Positions 52,171 to 61,211 of a stretch of DNA of 64,000 nucleotides are shown piece after piece. Numbering within the stretch: position 1 is the stretch's first letter; every line of letters begins with the position of its first letter. The notes beneath the pieces were generated by a model. The model saw only the letters and a program-made list of their open reading frames with translations. It did not search any database and was not told the origin of the DNA. This DNA is from Bacteroidia bacterium (GTDB taxonomy: Bacteria; Bacteroidota; Bacteroidia; SpSt-205), in NCBI GenBank assembly GCA_026003235.1, contig BPGW01000004.1, forward strand, positions 82,665 to 146,664, read 5' to 3'. The position numbers and the translations under genes are program-made.

Positions 52171-53277
52171 ATGCGCGTGCGAGAGCTTCTGGAAAAAGCC
52201 CTGGAAGGCGGGTACCTCTCCGTGGAAGAAGGGCTGGTGTTGTACGAAGAGGCGCCACTGCCCCTCCTCATGGCTTATGCCCACGAACGCCGTCTGCGAG
52301 TCAAAAAAGAGACCCCTCACATCGTGACTTGGCAAATTGACCGCAATGTCAACACCACCAATATTTGCGTAGCCAACTGTAAGTTTTGTAACTTCTTCCG
52401 GCCGCCGGGCCACCCCGAGGGCTACATTACGGATGACGAGACTTACCGCCGCAAGATTGAAGAAACGCTTGCCTTGGGGGGGGATCAGCTGCTTTTGCAA
52501 GGGGGTCACCACCCTGACCTGGGGATAGCGTACTACGAGGAGCTCTTTCGCAAGCTCAAGACCTGGTACCCGAATCTGCGTTTGCATGCCCTTAGTCCGT
52601 CGGAGATTGTGCACATTTGCCAGCGGGATGGGCTTTCGTACGAGGAAGCGCTGGTTCGGTTGCGGGCAGCGGGGTTAGATTCTTTACCGGGGGCAGGAGC
52701 GGAGATTTTGGTGGACCGGGTGCGCCGCCTCATCTCCGCCGGCAAGTGCACCGCCGACGAATGGCTTGAGGTGATGCGCGTGGCCCATCGGCTCAATATC
52801 CCCACCAGCGCTACCATGATGTTCGGTCATGTGGAAACGATAGAGGAGCGTCTTATCCACCTTGTGAAGATCCGTTCGCTGCAAGACGAAAAGCCCGAAG
52901 GACACTATGGCTTCACGGCGTTTATCTTGTGGCCTTTTCAGGATGAGGGGACTAAACTCAAAAAAGTGCGGGGTGTTCGCAATCAGGTTACCGCCGCGGA
53001 GTATGTGCGTATGCTGGCTCTTTCGCGTCTGATGCTGCCTAACATTGAGAATATTCAAGTTTCGTGGCTTACGGTTGGGCCGGAGGTGGCGCAGGTGTGC
53101 CTGCACGCTGGGGCCAACGATATGGGTTCTATCATGATTGAGGAGAATGTGGTCTCTGCGGCTGGGGCGCGGTACCGATTTACGGCGCAGGAGATTCAGC
53201 GGGTGATTCGGGAAGCGGGGTTTGAGCCCCGCTTGCGGGATCAGCTGTATCGTTTCCGCGAAGGGGTAGCCGTATAG
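52171..53277 (+). CDS. mqnC: Radical SAM menaquinone (futalosine pathway) enzyme, MqnC-type cyclic dehypoxanthinyl futalosine synthase
   Basis: 368 aa. The CVANCKFCNF cluster motif (Cx3Cx2C), LSPSEI.., LDSLPGAGAEIL, TSATMMFGHVET and GFTAFILWPFQ match the MqnC/MqnE/CofH family. The choice of MqnC over MqnE is tentative. Confidence 0.7.
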   Translation: MRVRELLEKALEGGYLSVEEGLVLYEEAPLPLLMAYAHERRLRVKKETPHIVTWQIDRNVNTTNICVANCKFCNFFRPPGHPEGYITDDETYRRKIEETLALGGDQLLLQGGHHPDLGIAYYEELFRKLKTWYPNLRLHALSPSEIVHICQRDGLSYEEALVRLRAAGLDSLPGAGAEILVDRVRRLISAGKCTADEWLEVMRVAHRLNIPTSATMMFGHVETIEERLIHLVKIRSLQDEKPEGHYGFTAFILWPFQDEGTKLKKVRGVRNQVTAAEYVRMLALSRLMLPNIENIQVSWLTVGPEVAQVCLHAGANDMGSIMIEENVVSAAGARYRFTAQEIQRVIREAGFEPRLRDQLYRFREGVAV

Positions 53278-53921
53278 GGCCGTCCCATCCGACGCCTACC
53301 CAAAGGTTGTGGCGAGGCAGGCGCTGGGGCGCAGCTAAGAGGAGATAGCCGGTCTCTATGCGGAGTGAGCCTCTGCGATACCGAAAAAAGACCCAACTGC
53401 GGTTTTGTCGGAGGCCGGCGTGCCATCCTTTCTGGAGATTCCAGCCATACAGGAGCAGTTCTTGCCGTAGGGCCAGCTGAAAGCGCTCACTCAAAGCCCA
53501 GGCGTATTCGGCTTGGGGGCGGATCATTCGCTCTATTACTCGGGGCCCTTCCCACCGCTGTTCAAGGCTCAGCCGTATGGGTAAGTTAGGGCGGGGCCGC
53601 CATCGCCAATGCATCCGGAAGCGCCATTGGGTAGCCTGCCGAGGGTGCCATATCCAAGCGCGATTGACCTCCGCAGACAAACCATGACCCCCCAAGCGGT
53701 ACCATATAAAGAGGTGGCTCACCAGCATATCCATCTGCTGGGGGGGGGAAAAGCGGTACAAACCGCGGTTGAGCCTGAAGCTGCACGGACAGCCGCCGGG
53801 TAATCTGCCCTTCGCTTTGCCAGCTTGTCCAGATGCCCGTCAGCTGCGCCGACAAAACCCCACTCAAGGTAAGTATAGCACCTCTTCTATCCATCGCAGG
53901 AGCGGATAAGCGCCCGTCCAA
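53180..53921 (-). CDS. Hypothetical outer-membrane protein (DUF2490-like), interrupted by one extra base in a G9 (coding-strand C9) run at 53740-53748
   Basis: The 5' frame (..RRGAILTLSGVLSAQLTGIWTSWQSEGQITRRLSVQLQAQPRFVPLFPP) and the 3' frame (QQMDMLVSHLFIWYRLGG...) join across the homopolymer. Length is 3n+1. The 3' tail overlaps convergent mqnC by 98 nt, so the true stop is uncertain. Confidence 0.4.
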
Positions 53922-55039
53922 GTGAGGGTAGCTGGGCGGTCTTGGCCATCGTGGTAGTAGCCTGGTCCCCCCTGGAGGTAGAAAAAGACGGCTGGAACGC
54001 CCTTTTCTCGGAAGGGGTAGTGGTCACTATTGGGGGCATTAGGCCGTACGAGTAGGGGCACGTTCCACCCCTGCTGCACCCGCAGCCTGTCTAACCTCTC
54101 CCAGAAGGCGGGCTGATCGCTGCCTCCCACCACAGCGACGCCTTTTTCGCCAAAACCTACCAGATCGAGGTTGATCATGCCCCGGACACGAGCTAAGGGA
54201 TAGGGCGGTGAGGCTACCCAAGCTTGCGAGCCTATCAGGCCGAGCTCTTCTGCTGTAAAGGCCACAAGGTATACATCGTACGGGGGAGGGGGCTTTTGGA
54301 CCAGGCGTTGGGCCAGAAGCAGAAGGAGCGCCGTGCCAGAAGCGTTGTCGTTAGCTCCCCAGAAGGTCAGCGAACCCACCCGCCCCAGATGATCGTAGTG
54401 CGCGCCTACTACCCAGGCAGAGTCGGCGCGCTGACCGGGTCGTTTTACCCACACATTAGCGGCGGTGCCCCATTCCAGGCGGCCTTGGATGCGCAGTCGC
54501 ACTTGCTGCGGCCGCTGAAGCTCCCCTCGCCGGTAAACAACCGCTACGCTATCAGGTTCGGGAGCTATGCTACCTGTAAGGCGTGGGGTGGGGTAGAGCA
54601 CGAGGGCCACGCCGTGTTCTCGAGCAAGCTGGCGTACCTTAGTCAGGGGATGGGGTTCAGGTACCCACCAGGCATAACCTTCCCGGGGTAGGGTGTCTAC
54701 GGGCCATTCGCCTTGAAGGGGAGGGCATCCTGCACTGGGCAGGAAGTCTTCTCCCAGCTTCCAGCGCGTCCAGCCCCGAGCTGTGAGGGCTTGGGCTTCG
54801 GCGTGGGTAAGCCGGTAGACAGAGAGGGGAACCCTCTGCGTTTGGGGGGAGTAGCCCATCTGGCGCAGACGCTTCAGTAGGTAGGCTTCGGCTTTGCGGC
54901 CGCCAGGGGTCAAGGGCGCCCGCCCCTCAAACCGGCATAACCGCCGCACCTCCCTCCGCAGAAAGCGCACCGCTTCTACCGAGTCGGTTGGCTGCCCATA
55001 CCCAAGCAGGAGACCCAGTCCGAGCGCAAGCCTTTTCAT
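53864..55039 (-). CDS. M28-family zinc aminopeptidase
   Basis: 391 aa. Signal peptide, VVGAHYDHLG and GANDNASGTALLLLLAQ. Confidence 0.8.
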   Translation of the reverse strand: MKRLALGLGLLLGYGQPTDSVEAVRFLRREVRRLCRFEGRAPLTPGGRKAEAYLLKRLRQMGYSPQTQRVPLSVYRLTHAEAQALTARGWTRWKLGEDFLPSAGCPPLQGEWPVDTLPREGYAWWVPEPHPLTKVRQLAREHGVALVLYPTPRLTGSIAPEPDSVAVVYRRGELQRPQQVRLRIQGRLEWGTAANVWVKRPGQRADSAWVVGAHYDHLGRVGSLTFWGANDNASGTALLLLLAQRLVQKPPPPYDVYLVAFTAEELGLIGSQAWVASPPYPLARVRGMINLDLVGFGEKGVAVVGGSDQPAFWERLDRLRVQQGWNVPLLVRPNAPNSDHYPFREKGVPAVFFYLQGGPGYYHDGQDRPATLTWTGAYPLLRWIEEVLYLP

Positions 55040-57387
55040 AGTTCTCCCCAGCTATAGACGCGCCGCACCCGCCGGGATAAGCGCACGAGCGCTTCATAGG
55101 GGCTAGTGCCCCACGCTTCGGCAAAAGCGCGTAGGGGTCGGTTGGGGCCCCACACTTCCACCTGATCTCCGGGAGAGAGAGGCAGATCCCCAGCCCATAC
55201 GAGCGTTAGGTCCATGTTGAGGGGGGGTAAGATAGGCAGTTTGTGGCCCTGCCACAAAAAGTAACCGTTCGGGTAGGCCCCGCTGCGCAAAAGGCCATCG
55301 CCGTACCCGATAGCCAGGGTAGCTACTTGGCCTGCGCGGGTTAGCCGCGCCGAGAAGCCATAATTCAGCGCTTGGTTTTCGGCATACGCCTGCACCCGCA
55401 AGACGGGGGCGTAGAGGGCCGTAGCCTCCTCCAAGGGAGGCAGTGTCCCGTATAGACCTATCCCTATGCGCACCATGTCAAAAGCCGCTTCTTTCCCCAG
55501 GGAAAGCACCCCGGCGGTGTTGAGGAGGTGGCCCAACGCCTCAGGAAAGGCCTCCTTGAACACCTTGTACACCGCAGCAAACTTCTGGATTTGCTGTGAT
55601 GTGGCTGGGTGGTGAGGGGCTTCCCCTGCAGCCAGGTGAGAAAAAACGCCTTGGACCTGGGCTTTTTTCTCTTGAAGGAAGCGCACGACGGCAAGCAGCT
55701 CTTCAGGCAGGAAGCCCATCCTCCCCATACCGGTATCAAACTCCACGTGGAGGGGCACATGGCCGGCCCAGTGGGAGAGGGCCTGCCAGGTGCCTACGGC
55801 TACTTGCAGGTGGGCGTCTTGATAGAGACGCAGGGGTTCTTGGCCAGGGTAAAAAACCACGATAGGGATTGTGAGGCCGGCTTCTCGCAGGCGAAGCGCT
55901 TCCCGAGCGTAGGCTACCCCCAGGTAATCCACGCCTTGCCGCACCAAAAAGTGCGCCATGCCCAAGTCTCCTCCCCCGTAAGCTTCCGCTTTGAGCATGG
56001 CCAAGATTCGGGTGCCCGCAGGCAAGTGCGTTCGCAGATAGCTCAGGTTATGATAGACTTTTTCCCAGTTTATCCGCAGTTCGGGGGCCAGGCCCTGCCC
56101 CATCAAATGGGGTAGTATCGTCTCCAAGGCGTGGCGACGACTTCCCTTGACGAAAAAGACGCGTCCAGCGAGGCGAGCCTCGCGCAAGAAAGTTTCTTTG
56201 TCGGGGTAGCGGTTTCCCCAGCCCACACCCTCAAAGAGGGGGCCGATCAGGTGCACTTCTTCGGGCCGGAAGTGGGCTTGCAGAAAGGCCACCACTTCCT
56301 CATGGGCCGCCGGCGTATAAGGAGCCAGGTCGCTCAGCACTATGACGGGACGCAACGGCTTGAGGGGTAGCATTTCCTGCAGGGCTGCCAGGACCGACTC
56401 TTTGTCAGCGTGGTAGGTGTCGTCTATCCAGAGGCGTCCTTCGGCGTCGTAAATCCACTGGAGCCGATGGGGTAGAGGGGGTAATGTCGCAAGACGCGCT
56501 TGCAGGTGCTCAGGGGGAACCCCCATTTCGTAAGCCGCTGCGGCCGCCAGCAGGGCATTTTGCCAGGCAAAGGGGCTCTTCTCGGGCAGCCGGATGGGCA
56601 AAGTACGACCGTCCGGGAGGTGCCATAAACCTTCGCCGGGGTTTAGAGCCTGCCATCGGAAGGGGCCCGTCTCCCCTACCCACCGCACTTTCTGCGCCGG
56701 AAGCACCTTCAGGTAGGCCGACTCTTGAGGGGCGACGATCCACGCGGCGCAGGCAAAGAGCTTGAGGGCTTCTCGGGCGCGCGCTTCCCTGTCGGGGAAG
56801 GCTTCCAGGTGTCGGGAGGAGTCTGCCGTCATCAGGCCCCAGGTGGGGGCTACCATCTTGGCGTGTAGGTCTATCTCGCCAGGCTTCGTGAAGCCCACTT
56901 CCACCAGGCCGACCTCTGCGTCGGGGGGAAAGCTCAGCAGGCTGGCGGGCACGCCCAGCCGGCTGTTGAAGCTGCCGGGGCTTCGGACGGCGGCCCGAGC
57001 GCCCTCAAGCAGGTAAGCCAGCCATTCTTTGACCCAGGTTTTACCGATAGCGCCGGTGATGGCCAGGATGGGGTAAGGCAAAGTTTGGCGCCAGGCTGCT
57101 GCCCACTTCCACAGCGCTTGCCAGGTGTCTGCTACCACCAGCTGAGGCTGTTGTCCAGGCAGGGGCTTTTCACAAAGGCACGCAGCGGCTCCTCGGGCAA
57201 ACGCCTCTTCCAAATAAGCGTGGCCGTCTCGGGCAGCCCGCAGCGCCACAAAAAGCACATCCTGCCCTTCTCTAAGGGCGCGAGTGTCCCAGGCCAGGTA
57301 TCGTACTACTCGGCTGGGCCCCATTAGACGACCTTCTGTAAGGAGGGCCAGCTCCTCAAGGGGCCATGGCCGGCCTAACGCCACCAT
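55036..57387 (-). CDS. murF/alr: Bifunctional UDP-N-acetylmuramoyl-tripeptide--D-alanyl-D-alanine ligase / alanine racemase
   Basis: 783 aa. The N-terminal half has the Mur ligase P-loop ITGAIGKTWVKEW. The C-terminal half has the Alr PLP-lysine region LAMLKAEAYGGG. This fusion is typical of Bacteroidota. Confidence 0.9.
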   Translation of the reverse strand: MVALGRPWPLEELALLTEGRLMGPSRVVRYLAWDTRALREGQDVLFVALRAARDGHAYLEEAFARGAAACLCEKPLPGQQPQLVVADTWQALWKWAAAWRQTLPYPILAITGAIGKTWVKEWLAYLLEGARAAVRSPGSFNSRLGVPASLLSFPPDAEVGLVEVGFTKPGEIDLHAKMVAPTWGLMTADSSRHLEAFPDREARAREALKLFACAAWIVAPQESAYLKVLPAQKVRWVGETGPFRWQALNPGEGLWHLPDGRTLPIRLPEKSPFAWQNALLAAAAAYEMGVPPEHLQARLATLPPLPHRLQWIYDAEGRLWIDDTYHADKESVLAALQEMLPLKPLRPVIVLSDLAPYTPAAHEEVVAFLQAHFRPEEVHLIGPLFEGVGWGNRYPDKETFLREARLAGRVFFVKGSRRHALETILPHLMGQGLAPELRINWEKVYHNLSYLRTHLPAGTRILAMLKAEAYGGGDLGMAHFLVRQGVDYLGVAYAREALRLREAGLTIPIVVFYPGQEPLRLYQDAHLQVAVGTWQALSHWAGHVPLHVEFDTGMGRMGFLPEELLAVVRFLQEKKAQVQGVFSHLAAGEAPHHPATSQQIQKFAAVYKVFKEAFPEALGHLLNTAGVLSLGKEAAFDMVRIGIGLYGTLPPLEEATALYAPVLRVQAYAENQALNYGFSARLTRAGQVATLAIGYGDGLLRSGAYPNGYFLWQGHKLPILPPLNMDLTLVWAGDLPLSPGDQVEVWGPNRPLRAFAEAWGTSPYEALVRLSRRVRRVYSWGEL

Positions 57388-58074
57388 AGCACCAGCATAT
57401 CATATATCGCATGGCTCCAAGCGGCGATTCCAAAACCCCGCAAAATATACAGGCCGCTCATGCACAAACCGAAGAAAAACCGGTACCAGAAGGCGTATAG
57501 CGTAGGTTCTTCGTAGAAAAAATGGGCGAGCCGAAAAAAGCACAGCCGAAAAGGTCCAAATCACGAGGTAGTGAAAAGCCGTAGCTTTCCTGGGGCGCAA
57601 GCTTGTGGAGAGGTAGAGGAGCGCCTCAACCAGCAGGAGGCGAAAAAACAGTTCTTCGTAGAATCCGGCCCCCATGCATAGGGCGGCGCTTTCCCAAAAG
57701 GTAGGCGAGAGGGGGTTAAGTTGGGCAGGCTGGGGAAAGAGCTCGCGCATTAGCCAGGGGAGGAATTTGTACAACGCTACCGCCCACCCCATCGCTTCCA
57801 CGATCATCACCCCGAAGACCCACGCTGTGAGTCGGAGGCTTTCCCGCCGGATAAAGTACACATATACTACCCCCAGCAGGGCTATGACCACCGAGAGAAC
57901 CCACTCATAAGGGGAGGCCCAACCTACGAGGCGCGTTAGCCATATATCTATGAGGTTGCGTTGGGCTGAGGGCGCGCCCGTCAGGCGAAGGATCCCCTCA
58001 TACCCTACCAGCAGGGTCACCGCCAGAAAGAAGTTGTAAGCGGCACTCAGCGAAGCGCGCCAGTATCCTCGCAT
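57375..58074 (-). CDS. CPBP-family intramembrane glutamic endopeptidase, with an apparent +1 frameshift near 57522-57524
   Basis: The listed frame has FYEELFFRLLL (EExxxR motif) and FSAVLFSA. Shifting by one base after ..LFSAR gives HFFYEEPTLYAFWYRFFFGLCMSGLYILRGFGIAAWSHAIYDMLVLWWR*, which supplies the missing conserved His motifs. Length is 700 nt (3n+1). Confidence 0.75.
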
Positions 58075-58075
58075 C

Positions 58076-59539
58076 TCACTTGAGCAGTTCGGCCCGCATG
58101 CCGTGTACGCCCGCTATCATGTAGCGCAATGGCTTGGTCCAGGTGTTTTCAGGGGGGAGCGAGGGCACGAGGAAGGTATCGGTGCGCTTCACTTCGCCGG
58201 CTTTGTTGAGGAGGTAGACCACCACGCGCGCAGGCTCTGAGGCTTGCGCGCCTGTGTTGCGCACCGTCAGGACGGCCTTGGTTTCCAAAAAGGTCGTACG
58301 GCGAAAATCCTCAATGTAGGCCGCCAGTTGAGGGCCTGTCGGAGGGAGCGGCTGCATTATCGCAGGCGCTATTTCCGTGGAGGCCGGCTCCGAAGAGGCC
58401 TCCTGCGAGACCCGAGGCCGAGAAGGAGAGGAAGAATATCGCTTCTCTTGCGAGGTAGCGGGTCCCGGATCAGCCTTGAGAGGGGGAGCTACCCGCACGC
58501 TAAGCGTTTCCGAAGCAGGTTGAGAGACCGCCTTTCCGAAACCAGACTCGCTATCTCCTTTCTCTGGCCGACCGACTATCCACCATAGGGCCACCCCGAG
58601 CCCTGCGATCCCCAGAGCTATCCCCACAGGTACCCAGGGGATCTTCCTCGGGTGGGGCTTTTCTGTTTTTTCTGTTTCAGAAAGGAGGCGCGTGGCAGGT
58701 GAGCTCCAGGGGCGTTCCCCGCCAAAAGCAGCTTGAAACTCTTCCAAAAAAACCTTACACGAAGGATACCGATAGGCCGGATCTTTTTCGGTGGCCTTGA
58801 GGATCACTTCCACGAGGCGAGCGGGGATCTCGGCGGGGGGCCGGCTTAGGTCAAAAAGCGGTTCTTTCACGATCTTCAAGCTCAGATCAAATTCGCTCAA
58901 GTCGGTGGGATAGGGAGGCCTCCCCGTGAGAAGTTCGTATAGCAAAACCCCCAAAGAGTAGATGTCCGAGCGGGCATCTATGTCTTTTTCGCCTTTGACC
59001 TGCTCAGGGCTCATGTAGAGGAGGGTGCCCAGTCGCATGCCGGTCCGGGTGAGGCTATGATCGGTCTGGAGAAGGCGGGCCACCCCAAAGTCCAAGATTT
59101 TCACCCGCCCTCCCGGTGTAATCATCACGTTGGCGGGTTTGATGTCCCGGTGGATGACCCCCTCTTCGTGGGCGTACTGAAAGGCCTCCAGGATCTGGGT
59201 AAAGTACTTTTCAATGAGGTCCAGGGGGAGGGGTCCGGCTTTGAGCAGTTCGGCCAGGGATTGCCCCTCCACATACTCCATGATGAGGTAGAGGGCGTTT
59301 TCCTCTTCAATGTAGTCGTAGAGGGTGACGATGCTGGGATGGTTCAAGCGGGCCAGGACGGCCGCTTCCGAAGCAAACCGCTCTCGCACCGACGGGTCCC
59401 GAGCCAAATAAGGAGCTATGGACTTGATGGCGACTTTGCGGTTGATGCGCTTTTGGAGAGCGAGGTACACGATGCCCATCCCTCCTTCGCCGAGGGAGCG
59501 GATGACCTCGTATTTTTCTTCCAGCCCTGGGAGCCTCAT
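58076..59539 (-). CDS. Hanks-type Ser/Thr protein kinase with a TM segment and an uncharacterised extracytoplasmic C-terminal domain
   Basis: 487 aa. LGEGGMGIVYLA..VAIK, HRDIKPANVMI, DFGVAR and YMSPEQ. TM helix WVPVGIALGIAGLGVALWWIV, followed by about 180 aa of unknown domain. Confidence 0.9.
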   Translation of the reverse strand: MRLPGLEEKYEVIRSLGEGGMGIVYLALQKRINRKVAIKSIAPYLARDPSVRERFASEAAVLARLNHPSIVTLYDYIEEENALYLIMEYVEGQSLAELLKAGPLPLDLIEKYFTQILEAFQYAHEEGVIHRDIKPANVMITPGGRVKILDFGVARLLQTDHSLTRTGMRLGTLLYMSPEQVKGEKDIDARSDIYSLGVLLYELLTGRPPYPTDLSEFDLSLKIVKEPLFDLSRPPAEIPARLVEVILKATEKDPAYRYPSCKVFLEEFQAAFGGERPWSSPATRLLSETEKTEKPHPRKIPWVPVGIALGIAGLGVALWWIVGRPEKGDSESGFGKAVSQPASETLSVRVAPPLKADPGPATSQEKRYSSSPSRPRVSQEASSEPASTEIAPAIMQPLPPTGPQLAAYIEDFRRTTFLETKAVLTVRNTGAQASEPARVVVYLLNKAGEVKRTDTFLVPSLPPENTWTKPLRYMIAGVHGMRAELLK

Positions 59540-60675
59540 GTGGGGAGGGAGAGGGCTTGCTGGAGCGCTTGGAGGGCGGTGTCTAAGTGGTGGGGTTCGG
59601 TATACTTACCCCAAGAAAACCGCAGAGCCCTTTGCGCTTCTTCTGGGGACAGGCCCAGGGCTTGCAAGACGTGGGAGGGGTGTCCGCTTCCCGAGGCGCA
59701 AGCTGAAGTGCCGGACACGCACACCCCCACCAGGTCCAGATGCAGCACCAGCATATCATCCGCCATAGAGGGGGGCAGACGAAAGTTCAAAATACCAGGG
59801 TGGCTTCCTTCGGGGCGGGTATCTCCGTGCAAGATCGCCTGCGGAAAGCGTTCCTGCAGCCGCCTCAGGAGGTAAGCTTTGAGCTGGCGCAGGTGGGCTT
59901 CGTACGAGGTCCTTTGCTCGTAGGCTTTTTTCAGCGCAAAAGCCATTCCTACAATACCAGCGACATTTTCGGTACCGGCGCGCTGCTCGCGCTCTTGCGA
60001 TCCGCCTGTAAGGAGGCTGCGGATAGGTTTTCGTCTGTAGAGAAACCCTACCCCCTTAGGGCCGTAGAACTTGTGGGCCGAAGCTGTGACAAAATCCACC
60101 GGCCACTGGTCTACCCTCACCCATCCCAGGCCCATCACTTGCACGGTATCGCACAGGTAAAGCGCTTCCCACCGCTGGCACAGCGCCGCAATTTCCTCCA
60201 CCGGTTGAAGGGTCCCAATCTCGTTGTTGGCGTACATCACCGCTACGAGACTGCGGGGGTATTTTTTGAGCAGCTCTTCCAGGGCTTCCAGCTGAATCCG
60301 GCCGAGGCGATCTATCGGAATGGGATGGGCCTGTACTTTTCCTTCTCGGGCTAAAGCCTCCACCGTGTGGGTCACTGCGTGGTGTTCGGTGGGGTTGTAG
60401 AGGATGTGGGTGAGCTTTTGGGTCTCTACGGCGCCTCGCAGAGCGTGGTTATCAGCTTCGGTGCCGCCGCTGGTGAAAATGATTTGCCCGGGGTCGGCCC
60501 TGAGGAGCTCCGCGATGGTGGTGCGGGCTTCTTCCATCGCAGTGCGAAGGGCTCGGCCCGCCGCATGGATGGAAGAAGGGTTGCCAGGAGCGCGCAAGTA
60601 GGGTAGCATGACCGCTTCTACCTCGGGGTCCAGCGGAGTGGAAGCGGCATAGTCCAGGTAGATAAGGGATGGCAC
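59536..60675 (-). CDS. Cysteine desulfurase (class V aminotransferase, NifS/IscS-like)
   Basis: IYLDYAASTPLDPEV, TASAHKFYGPKGVG (PLP Lys) and SGTSACASG (catalytic Cys). Start at GTG 60675, 4 nt after a -7 box that lies inside the track ORF. Confidence 0.9.
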   Translation of the reverse strand: MPSLIYLDYAASTPLDPEVEAVMLPYLRAPGNPSSIHAAGRALRTAMEEARTTIAELLRADPGQIIFTSGGTEADNHALRGAVETQKLTHILYNPTEHHAVTHTVEALAREGKVQAHPIPIDRLGRIQLEALEELLKKYPRSLVAVMYANNEIGTLQPVEEIAALCQRWEALYLCDTVQVMGLGWVRVDQWPVDFVTASAHKFYGPKGVGFLYRRKPIRSLLTGGSQEREQRAGTENVAGIVGMAFALKKAYEQRTSYEAHLRQLKAYLLRRLQERFPQAILHGDTRPEGSHPGILNFRLPPSMADDMLVLHLDLVGVCVSGTSACASGSGHPSHVLQALGLSPEEAQRALRFSWGKYTEPHHLDTALQALQQALSLPT

Positions 60676-60679
60676 CTTA

Positions 60680-60687
60680 CAAAGGTA
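60680..60687 (-). promoter_or_regulatory. -7 box TACCTTTG, 4 nt upstream of GTG 60675
   Basis: Exact TAnnTTTG match at the head of the six-gene run 60675 to 53180. Confidence 0.55.
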
Positions 60688-60701
60688 CACAAGCTGGAAT
60701 G

Positions 60702-60709
60702 TACTTTTG
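60702..60709 (+). promoter_or_regulatory. -7 box TACTTTTG, 5 nt upstream of the folA ATG (60715)
   Basis: Exact TAnnTTTG match, 14 nt from the divergent box. Confidence 0.55.
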
Positions 60710-60714
60710 CCCTA

Positions 60715-61209
60715 ATGTGGACTATTGTGGCGGCGCTCTCTGCGTATAACCGAGGGATCGGGCTAAAGGGGCGTTTGCCTTGGCGCATTCCGATGGAGCT
60801 TCGCCTCTTTCGGCAAGAGACGTGGGGGGGGGTGCTCATAGTAGGGCGCCGCACTTGGGAAAGTCTGGCCCGACCCCTGCCAGGCAGAGAGCTATGGGTG
60901 CTGTCCCGTCAGCGGCTGGGCCCCCAGGCAGGGGTGCGATTTTTCCCAGGAGAGCAAGCGCTCCTTCAGGCCCTTGAAAAAGAGACACGACCGGTCTTTT
61001 TTGCGGGGGGAGAGCAGCTTTACCGGTGGGCCCTATCCTTGCCGCAAGTGCAGGAGCTTCGGCTTAGCTGGGTGTATACCCCCGCAGAGGCCGATACTTT
61101 CTTCCCGGCTTTTTCCGAGGCCGAATGGCAGGTGTATGCAACCGAGTTTTTTGACGCTTGCAGCCCTTATCCCAGCTTCGTGAGAGCCTTCTACAAACGA
61201 ATTCCCTGA
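60715..61209 (+). CDS. folA: Dihydrofolate reductase
   Basis: 164 aa. IVAALSAYNRGIGLKGRLPWRIPMELRLFRQETWGGVLIVGRRTWESL. Confidence 0.9.
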   Translation: MWTIVAALSAYNRGIGLKGRLPWRIPMELRLFRQETWGGVLIVGRRTWESLARPLPGRELWVLSRQRLGPQAGVRFFPGEQALLQALEKETRPVFFAGGEQLYRWALSLPQVQELRLSWVYTPAEADTFFPAFSEAEWQVYATEFFDACSPYPSFVRAFYKRIP

Positions 61210-61211
61210 AT

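Noticed and set aside
57375-58074. The CPBP ('Abi') protease plus Ser/Thr kinase as an abortive-infection or defence module
   Set aside because: CPBP/Abi naming is historical. The genes are embedded in, and translationally coupled to, core cell-wall and Fe-S genes, and no other defence hallmarks are present.
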